Source of the DNA: Rhodothermales bacterium
Lineage (GTDB): Bacteria > Bacteroidota > Rhodothermia > Rhodothermales > Bin80
DNA: 64,000 bases
Reading direction: 5' to 3'
NCBI GenBank assembly: GCA_965262785.1
Contig: OZ253559.1
Location: 923,571-987,570, forward strand
Translations under genes and position numbers: made by a program
In this document: positions 46,963 through 54,227 of the stretch, piece by piece
Layout of the letters: the number at the start of each line of letters is the position of its first letter
How positions within the stretch are numbered: position 1 is the first letter of the stretch
The notes under the pieces: generated by a model
Database searches by the model: none
Told to the model about the DNA's origin: nothing
Seen by the model: the letters and a program-made list of their open reading frames with translations, nothing else

Positions 46963-47640
46963 TCAGTTTTCATTCGTTTTGCAGAAGAATTTAATACCCC
47001 CATTCTCTCTGTCAGCAACGCGCGTTTGATTCTTGCAAGGTAAACTCATCACGCACTCACTAAATTCGATGCGCTGCTGCCTAGTTGCAGTGCCCGATAA
47101 CACACACACGGAGGGGACGGGCTTACTACAGTAGACTGCCTCATTTCCATTCTCTTCATCAAGGAAGCGCGTAGGGTTCTCACATGGTAGTTTCTTCTTG
47201 CACTCAGCGAATTTGGCGCGCCGCCGCTTCGTTGCGTTGCCCGGCAATACGCATAAGGGGGCAGAGGCCGGCTGGACGAAAGGCATAGCTCCCACCGGCA
47301 GCCGTGGCTGGCTGCCATTGACCGTTAGTCGGGCTGGCATGCCATAGCCAAGCGGTGCGTGTTTGCTGTCAATGTTGTCTGAGAGGATCCCCAGCATGGG
47401 TTTGCCTGGCTGAATTGTCATCGGCGAGCTGGCGAAGCCGGTTTCGGCAGCACTGACCAGGGTGTGTCTTGGCGCACATGAAACCATCGGATTCTGGCAG
47501 CTGCTGGAATAGTCTCCACTACCGATGCCTTCGACGGCATTGTGATATGCATGTTGTTGACCAAGCGCCTCTACAGAAAACGCCCCTCCCAGCAGTATTG
47601 GCACCGCCGCAAAGAGGAAAAGGTTGCAAGTGGTCTTCAT
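46963..47640 (-). CDS. Secreted protein with two 4-Cys repeat modules (hypothetical)
   Basis: 225 aa. Signal peptide MKTTCNLFLFAAVPILLGGAFSVEALGQ. Two ~42-aa repeats share the spacing C-x16-C-x5-C-x17-C: CVLPGNATKRRRAKFAECKKKLPCENPTRFLDEENGNEAVYC and CVLSGTATRQQRIEFSECVMSLPCKNQTRVADRENGGIKFFC. The local DNA looks more AT-rich than the flanks. Confidence 0.55.
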   Translation of the reverse strand: MKTTCNLFLFAAVPILLGGAFSVEALGQQHAYHNAVEGIGSGDYSSSCQNPMVSCAPRHTLVSAAETGFASSPMTIQPGKPMLGILSDNIDSKHAPLGYGMPARLTVNGSQPRLPVGAMPFVQPASAPLCVLPGNATKRRRAKFAECKKKLPCENPTRFLDEENGNEAVYCSKPVPSVCVLSGTATRQQRIEFSECVMSLPCKNQTRVADRENGGIKFFCKTNEN

Positions 47641-48039
47641 GGCATAAGGTCCCTCTCGGAACAGGTTAGTGGATGCGCAAAGCGTCTGGTATTTCCAGCA
47701 ATTCGGCGCAAGGGAGCAGCAGGCTCCCTCTTGGACCCTGCCACTGCACTTATACTACTACCCGCTGCACAGCTACACGTAGTCCGCAGAAACAAAAACT
47801 CTTAGCCCACGCGCGACTTTGCACCGGACCTAAATATTCTCCGTAACCACCTGGTAGTCCGAAGAACGTTACTAACCCGCATCGCTCACCAGGGTCTTGA
47901 ATGGCCATGATTCGAGGCGTCTGCAGCCAATGGGTCACGGTCTGGGCATGCATATGCTGATTCCCGCCTTCTGGAGCGTTTAGTTGGCGGCAGTAAGCGC
48001 CGCTTCGGGCACGCTTCGAGCGGGAATCAGCCCTTTTGT

Positions 48040-49760
48040 TCGTGCACCGGTGCTTCTTGGATACACGTATCCAGCAACCACCATGTGGCTCCTGGCAATC
48101 TGTGGGACAAGTCGTGTCAGGAAGTGCCTATGAGGGTGAGGCGCGCGCGCCGACCGTGGTGGCGTGCACAGCGCCGCGCAGGTTGCTTAGTACGCGCGCG
48201 AACAATTGCTGCCACGGATACGTCTTGGGGAAGTACAGGCGGACTCTGCGCACGCTTACCATGACCAGTGCGGCGATCTTCAGCAGCCGCACTCGGATGG
48301 TGCCGCACTGCGCCTTAGCCATCGCGGTGCCCTGCAAGCCAACGGTCTTGATGATGGTCATCAGGGTGTTGGCGACCGTAGAGAAGTACAGGCGCAGCTG
48401 GCTGCTCTGCATCATGGACGTAGAGGTTCGGTCAGCGAACAGGGTCTGCTGCTGCTCCTTGAGCCGGTTCTCCATGTCTCCACGCGCACAATACAAATCC
48501 TCGTATAGCGTGCGCGCGTCGTACGCGTCTTCGCTGAAACTGGTGACCACGAATCGTGCGTTGTAGCCGCGCGGTCCAGGCAGCCATTCCGCCTTGGCTA
48601 TCACGCGCCGCGCACAGCTCCAGCTGTCCTTCGTTCGGTACTCGAAGCTGCGGAAGCGCCGCGAAGGCTGCCCGCTGGCCTCGCAGGTGGCCTGACTCTG
48701 CTGCATAGCCCCCTCAATGATGCGTGTCAGCCGCGCATTGCGCGGCATACCAATGATGTAGTGCAGGCCCTGCGCTTCGCACCATGCCATGATATCATCG
48801 CGGCAGAATCCTGCATCTGCACGAATCCAGATGGGCACCTGCGGCCACCGCGCTCGGATACGCGCTACCACGGGCGCCAACTCCTCTATCGTGCCCGCTG
48901 ATGCATCAATGTTGGAGGGGCGCAGACGAGCGGCCAGCACATGCTTACCGCTAACGATGTACAGCGGTAAGTAGCAATAGTGGCCATAGTAACCATGAAA
49001 GAAGCGCCCCTCCTGCTGGCCGTGTATCGCGTCATCGGTAGCATCGAGATCCAACACGATGTTCTCTGGCTCCTCGCCCGTGATATCCATGAACAAGTCC
49101 GCGAGCATGGTGTCGATCTTTTCAGGGTCCGCTACGATGCGCTTGTACCTGTGCGATGCGGCCCCTTCTTTTGAGCCGAGCTCCAGTCGGTTCAGTGTAC
49201 TGGAACTCGCCAGCGGATGTCCCTGGTCGCGTTCCCGTGCCCGGTGCGCACCTGTTACATCCTCGCAGCCCACGCCCATGGCCAACACGGGATCGTCCCG
49301 CAGGCGGTCATGGTCGTTCACGTCTTCGTAGCCCAAGCATATCGCGAAAACCCGTTGCCTGAGCATCGCCTCCACGGTGTGCTCGACCCTGCTGGGATCA
49401 CGGTGGTCGGTGAAGCAGGCGGCCAAGCGGCCAATGACGTCGAACATCCGGTCGGCCTCCCGTAACAGCAGTGCACCTGCGTCCGAGGACATAGGGCCGC
49501 CATCGAACTTTCCGACCACTTTCCGCCGTCCCAAGTCCTCGAAACGAAGCGCTTCAGTATGACAGTCTGTGTTGTTCACTCGCAGTGCAGAAGGGGGTTA
49601 TAAATGACTAAATATCCTACACTTACGTGACGCTATGGTTCCAATTATCGCTACCCTGGTGATTTATCCGGGCTAAGGCACGCATGTCTTTCATTAGCAG
49701 ACTAAGATCACATCGCATAGCTGCCTGCGTATGCGATACCGGCCGACCATCGTTGCCAAG
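48040..49760 (-). mobile_element. IS1380-family element (boundaries approximate)
   Basis: The element must extend beyond the transposase CDS, but I could not identify convincing terminal inverted repeats by eye. I found only a weak ttcttgg match near 48047 and 49745. The coordinates are a rough guess. Confidence 0.3.
48128..49579 (-). CDS. IS1380-family transposase
   Basis: 483 aa. The N-terminal block FDGGPMSSDAGALLLREADR...LRQRVFAICLGYEDVNDHDRLRDDP is the characteristic IS1380 signature. The DDE region includes IVLDLDATDD. Confidence 0.85.
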   Translation of the reverse strand: MNNTDCHTEALRFEDLGRRKVVGKFDGGPMSSDAGALLLREADRMFDVIGRLAACFTDHRDPSRVEHTVEAMLRQRVFAICLGYEDVNDHDRLRDDPVLAMGVGCEDVTGAHRARERDQGHPLASSSTLNRLELGSKEGAASHRYKRIVADPEKIDTMLADLFMDITGEEPENIVLDLDATDDAIHGQQEGRFFHGYYGHYCYLPLYIVSGKHVLAARLRPSNIDASAGTIEELAPVVARIRARWPQVPIWIRADAGFCRDDIMAWCEAQGLHYIIGMPRNARLTRIIEGAMQQSQATCEASGQPSRRFRSFEYRTKDSWSCARRVIAKAEWLPGPRGYNARFVVTSFSEDAYDARTLYEDLYCARGDMENRLKEQQQTLFADRTSTSMMQSSQLRLYFSTVANTLMTIIKTVGLQGTAMAKAQCGTIRVRLLKIAALVMVSVRRVRLYFPKTYPWQQLFARVLSNLRGAVHATTVGARASPS

Positions 49761-50081
49761 AACGCGATCCTGCGCCGCAGCCTCCTAGTCTCGAATCTCG
49801 CCGCCCTCTTCATGTAACTTTCATTGTTGCTGGCCCCAATTACAGTTGATGTTGGAGAGGCATATCAAGCAGTTGAGGGACAGCCAGCCGAAAAGCGACT
49901 GCTCAAAGAGGGGGAAAGCCTGTGCGGACACGGGATCGGAATTCCCCTGGTCCAACGTTCGCCATTTTGGGAACCCACTGCTGCTCAGGTTTTGTCTCAG
50001 CCGACCCAGGTATTCAACGGCTGGTCGATGTCGAATGGATCGCTCTTGGGAGCCCATGCCACAAACCGGACTCGAGGTGGC

Positions 50082-50273
50082 AGAGGCAGGTGCCGGGTCC
50101 GGTAGTCGGATTCTTGCCCGCGTCGGGACGTTGAAAGCGCTGCCAACGACAATTGCTTCCCCAGGGGCCAGGATGGTAATCTGATCCATCAACCTCCGAG
50201 ATTGGAAGGGTACGATCTTGCGGAAGTGATCGATGTCTTCAGGATTCTGGAGGCGGTGAACAACGAAGTTTGC
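50082..50273 (-). pseudogene. C-terminal fragment of a HerA/DUF87-like ATPase
   Basis: In the frame of track ORF 49821..50615: ANFVVHRLQNPEDIDHFRKIVPFQSRRLMDQITILAPGEAIVVGSAFNVPTRARIRLPDP. This resembles the C-terminal end of HerA/DUF87 ATPases (..HRL.N..D...., L..GEAIVVG....P..V.I). There is no upstream ATPase core, and it abuts the truncated res gene. Confidence 0.4.
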
Positions 50274-50833
50274 GCACTGCGATCCCCGATGACGAGCACG
50301 TTCTTGGCGAACCGGGCATCTCGAGGGTTTGCCACCTTGTTGAGGGCATGCCAGGCGATGACTATTGCCATGACGACGGTCTTGCCCGAGCCGGTCGCCA
50401 TCTTGGCGCATAGCCGGGTATATGCGCCGCCGTCGGACGGGATATCGATGCCCACTCGCTCGACCGGCGGCGCTTCGGTGAGCCAGATCAGCGTTTCGGG
50501 CGCCTCGAGCTGGCAGAAGAAGAACCGGCGGTTCTCGAACTCCTCGGGATCGTGCCAGTGCTCCAACAGGCGCTTCGTAATTCCCGTCACGCCGGCGTAG
50601 CCAGCGGCGCGCCACGCCTAAACCCGCGCTCGAATTCGATTGACCAGGGGAATCTCACGGAACACGCCGGGATCGTCGAACACCCGGGACTCTCCCGATG
50701 CTACCACGTATCCAGCAGGCCTGCGACCATCCAAAAGATCGAACAGGCGTGTCGCCCGATCATACCGCCCATGCTGCGTCGGCTCCTCGTAAGGAGAATT
50801 GACAATCAGCCGGTCGATGGCCGCGCGCGGCAC
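50189..50833 (-). pseudogene. res: Type III restriction enzyme Res subunit, N-terminal remnant with in-frame amber
   Basis: The GTG at 50831-50833 overlaps the HepT stop. It reads ..AAIDRLIVNSPYEEP.. then TAG at 50618..50620. The same frame continues AWRAAGYAGVTGITKRLLEHW..FFFCQLEAPETLIWL..AKMATGSGKTVVMA (Walker A). Recognisable Res similarity ends near 50275, and the frame stops at 50189. A full Res would be several hundred aa longer. Confidence 0.7.
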
Positions 50834-51177
50834 TATCCAGCCTCCGGTGGAATCAGAGGCTCCAATCGGGCAATCAGAACCGGGAGGTCGTCGCACACCG
50901 TATCCCAGACGAGCCGCAGGTCGATGTCGAAGTAGGCATGCACGAGGCGATTGCGCATGCCTACGATTTCCCGCCACGGGATGGCCGGGTGCGCCCGCGC
51001 CGTGTCTTCGCCCACATGCGCGGCAGCCTCGCCAACGATCTCCACCGACTTCAGAACAGAGAGCTGAGTCCGCCGGTCCCGCACGAATTCGTCGTACGAC
51101 ATGCCTTCCGTGAAGGACAATGCATCACGTGCGGCAAGCAGCATGTCCAACAGGTATGCCAAGTCATCACGCGGCAT
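50833..51177 (-). CDS. hepT: HepT-like (DUF86) RNase toxin
   Basis: 114 aa. The R-x4-H-x-Y motif is present (RNRLVHAY). It overlaps the upstream MNT gene by 11 nt. Confidence 0.85.
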   Translation of the reverse strand: MPRDDLAYLLDMLLAARDALSFTEGMSYDEFVRDRRTQLSVLKSVEIVGEAAAHVGEDTARAHPAIPWREIVGMRNRLVHAYFDIDLRLVWDTVCDDLPVLIARLEPLIPPEAG

Positions 51178-51529
51178 AGACCACCTGCGCGGTTTCCAGA
51201 ATCGCCTTCCGGCGAATGTAGTTTCGGCTTGCCTCGATGGCCGCGCGGGTTACCAAATCGACCTTGCGACCGAACAAGTCGCCCAGTTCCCACTCCATTT
51301 CGGCGATCCCGAACAGGCCCGGCGTGCGTACGGTCCTGAAACGGATCAGGACGTCTATGTCACTGTGAGGCCCAAAGTCATCACGCAGCAGGGAGCCGAA
51401 CAGTGCCAGTTCCTCCACTTGCCAACGGTCGCAAAACGCCGCGATGGCATTCATAGGTACGCCGATACGGGAAGCCAGCCGCTCCTGATCGTGGAAAGTA
51501 TTGGTCTCCGGTTGCACTGAAGCCTCCAT
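51167..51529 (-). CDS. mntA: MNT-type nucleotidyltransferase antitoxin
   Basis: 120 aa. Nucleotidyltransferase motif LFGSLLRDDFGPHSDIDVLI. The ATG at 51527-51529 overlaps the mod TAA stop by 1 nt. Confidence 0.85.
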   Translation of the reverse strand: MEASVQPETNTFHDQERLASRIGVPMNAIAAFCDRWQVEELALFGSLLRDDFGPHSDIDVLIRFRTVRTPGLFGIAEMEWELGDLFGRKVDLVTRAAIEASRNYIRRKAILETAQVVYAA

Positions 51530-52977
51530 TACTCCAACTCCACGATCTTGACCGCTCCGCGTTCGTGCTCGCCACGCTCGAAGGATAGCGAAACAGTACC
51601 CTTATAAGCTGCCATTAGAGTCGCGTCGAGCTCTGCCTTGAGGCTCCGCGCCAGCTTGGCCCAACCATTCTTCGTGCTAGCCATCGGGAAGCATTGCTTG
51701 GCCAAAGCGGCTGCCACTCGCGACGTATCGCAGGCGGCCCAGATGTTGTTGATCCGCCGACCAGGAATCTCGTCCTCGTACTTCTTCCACATCAACGAAG
51801 TCTGCCCCTCCAAGTCCTCCAGCCTCTTCAGCTTGGCCAGCCGGTCCATGCCCTCCTGGGGGACCGCCCATTGCCGGGCAGTGCCGCAACGGAAGACGCG
51901 ACCCTCGTATTGATAGGGCTCTGAACGTCCGGCTGTGGAGACGCCCTGCGAGTCAAGGGGCATCCGCCTGTAGACACGTGCATCTGGGGGCAGGTGCCTG
52001 TCAGGGTAGAAGCGTTTTTCCGGCGTCGGCTTGCGGCATTGCCCGTGGGGCAATTCCACCATCACGTGCCAACTGAAGGACCCGATCACCTCGCGCCGGG
52101 TGAGTGGCTCGTACAACTGACGGTACTTTGGCAGTTTCCGGTCCTTCGCGTACCAGAGCAGATAGTCGGCCACTTGCGGCAGTGTGTTGGCCGAACTGCC
52201 CCCGGTGGTCGCGTAGGAGATGGTAGCCATCCAGTTGTCTGCACCGAAGATGTCGTCCATGACCACGTTGACGCGATGGACGTTCTCGTCGCCGATCCGC
52301 ACAAAGCAGCTTCCGCTCTCATGCAGGAGCTCGCGCGTTAGCAACAGGCGGTCCTGCAGATAGGAGAGACAGGAATGAATCCCGAGCTCCCAGGTGTCGC
52401 GGAATGCACGAATCTGCTCGGGTTCAGCCGATAGGTCTGCATCCATGCCGTCCGTCACGTCGCGCCGATTCACGAAAGGCTGGATGTTGGAGCCGTAGCG
52501 GATGCGGTAGGGTGGGTCCATGTAGACCATCTGGGCCTGTTCGCCCATACCCTCCTTTTCGATCAGGCTTTTCATGACCAGAATGCTGTCGCCGGCGATT
52601 AGCCGGTTGCTCCAGTTGTACCGGTGCCTGTAGAACCCGATGGCTTGGCGGAGCGGCGGATTCTCCTCCGGTGCGTCAAACAGGGGTAATTGGTGCTTGG
52701 TGACGCCTCGCTTCTGCACTGCTTCAATGATGGTGCGCGGGTCGATTCGCTCGTGTACGTGGAGCGAGACGGTCGGAAACTCGAACGAAGTGTACTCCGC
52801 CTTGCCGGACCAGGAGAGCTGAAGGTCGAGATGCGGGTCATAGGCGTAGGATTTGGCGCCGGCGCCACCATCCGTTTTCGGCGTGACGAGACCGACAGGC
52901 AGGTTATTCACGGGCTCCTTGCCACTGTGCACGAAAGTGTCAGTGTCCCGCCCTACCTTGTTGCGCCGCCGCGCCAT
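51529..52977 (-). CDS. mod: Type III-like N6-adenine DNA methyltransferase (Mod), probably inactive
   Basis: I prefer the ATG at 52977 (MARRRNK..). The track start at 53193 is a GTG with an implausible extension. Motif IV MVYMDPPY is present, as are ESGSCFVRIGDENVH and the TRD. I cannot find an FxGxG/GSGTT motif I anywhere. The sequence jumps from ..PGRRINNIWAA straight to CDTSRVAAALAKQ. Confidence 0.75.
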   Translation of the reverse strand: MARRRNKVGRDTDTFVHSGKEPVNNLPVGLVTPKTDGGAGAKSYAYDPHLDLQLSWSGKAEYTSFEFPTVSLHVHERIDPRTIIEAVQKRGVTKHQLPLFDAPEENPPLRQAIGFYRHRYNWSNRLIAGDSILVMKSLIEKEGMGEQAQMVYMDPPYRIRYGSNIQPFVNRRDVTDGMDADLSAEPEQIRAFRDTWELGIHSCLSYLQDRLLLTRELLHESGSCFVRIGDENVHRVNVVMDDIFGADNWMATISYATTGGSSANTLPQVADYLLWYAKDRKLPKYRQLYEPLTRREVIGSFSWHVMVELPHGQCRKPTPEKRFYPDRHLPPDARVYRRMPLDSQGVSTAGRSEPYQYEGRVFRCGTARQWAVPQEGMDRLAKLKRLEDLEGQTSLMWKKYEDEIPGRRINNIWAACDTSRVAAALAKQCFPMASTKNGWAKLARSLKAELDATLMAAYKGTVSLSFERGEHERGAVKIVELE

Positions 52978-53092
52978 GATGATCCTGGGATGCCGGGGCA
53001 CTGGGTCGGGAGTGCCGGTGCCCGCCTTGACTGTGGGGCGAGCCGCTTGCCCATTCGCGTCTCGCGAAATGCCTCGAAGATCAATACCAAAA

Positions 53093-53123
53093 TTCGCTCG
53101 TTTCGCTCGTTTCGCTCGTTTCG
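53093..53123. repeat. 9-bp tandem repeat (ttcgctcgt x3 plus partial copy)
   Basis: Read directly: 53093..53101, 53102..53110 and 53111..53119 are identical, followed by ttcg. It lies 116 nt upstream of the mod ATG, at the junction with the transposase remnant. Confidence 0.9.
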
Positions 53124-53196
53124 GGCGAGGCACCAAGCGAACGAACTCGGGGGCGCCAGGATCCCAGCCTGCTTCAAAGCATCGGCCTGGCACCTC

Positions 53197-54177
53197 ATGC
53201 GTAGACTGGGTGGCATCAAGGCATTGGACGCATTACTGGGCCGTGGCACCTCCTTCGATTTGGACTTCCACACCATTCCCTATCACGGCGACCGGGCCCT
53301 GGTCGAGAAGCACTACGTCTCCAAGCGCAGCCGGCGCCAGCGGGGCATCCTGGCCTTCGTGGCCCGCGATGCCGCCAGCCGCACCTTCGCCTATGCCCAC
53401 GCCCAGGTCCGCAAGGAAGGGCAAATGGACGAGATCCTGCACTTTGTCGATGGCTGGCAGCAGCGGACGGGCCGCAGGCCGGCCGAGCTGGTCTTCGACA
53501 GTCGCCTGACCACCTACGCCAATCTGGCCAAGCTCCATCAGTGGGGCATCCGCTTCCTTACCCTGCGCCGGCGGACGGCTAAGCTGCTGGAGACGCTGAT
53601 GGCCCTGCCCGCGGAGTCCTGGCGCACCATCCGGCTCTCCAACGTAGGGCGGGCCTATCGCACTCCGCGCGTGTTTGAAGAAATGATTCAGCTGAAAGGC
53701 TACCCCGAAAAGCTCCGGCAAATCGCCATCACGCAGCTGGGACATGAAAAGCCGACGCTGCTGATAACCAATGACATGAAGACCTCGGCGGCGAAGCTCA
53801 TAGACCGCTATGCCCGACGCATGATCATTGAAAACAACCTTGCCGATGCCATCGACTTCTTCCATATGGACGCGCTCTCCGCGGCGGTGCCCAAGAAGGT
53901 CGACGTCGACCTGCAGCTGACCCTCATGGCCAGCGCGCTCTAGCGAATGCTGGCCCACCGCGTAGGCGAGTTCTATGCTAAGAGCAAGGCGCGCACGCTC
54001 TTCCGCAAATTCGTCCACGCCTCCGCCTCCGCCACCGTCACGCTGAGCGAAGAGCAGGTCACCGTACGGCTGGGAATGCGCGCCCACAACGGAGCACTGC
54101 TCAAAGCCGGCTACCTGGACATGACCGATCCCATCCCGTGGCTCCAGAATCGATGGCTGCGCATCGACTTTGTCTGA
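53197..54177 (+). pseudogene. DDE transposase remnant (IS4/IS1634-superfamily-like), 5'-truncated with in-frame stop
   Basis: ..LDLDFHTIPYHGD.., LVFDSRLTTYANLAKLHQWGIRFLTLRRR, EKPTLLITND, YARRMIIENNLADAIDFFHMDALS are transposase-like blocks. There is an in-frame TAG at 53941..53943 (..LMASAL*RMLAHRV..), and the same frame continues to 54177. The N-terminal third or so of a full transposase is missing. The exact family is uncertain. Confidence 0.6.
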
Positions 54178-54227
54178 CGGGGAAACACGGCGTCCTTAAT
54201 GCGAGTTGCTGCTCATGGAGATTCCGG

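Noticed and set aside
48040-49760. Terminal inverted repeats / target duplication of the IS1380 element
   Set aside because: I found only a 7-nt match (ttcttgg) between the candidate ends. That is insufficient, so the boundaries remain approximate.
52690-53196. 5' part of the 417-aa plus-strand ORF 52690..53943
   Set aside because: This portion is antisense to mod and its upstream region. Only the sequence from about 53197 onward looks like a transposase, so the long ORF is a chance fusion.
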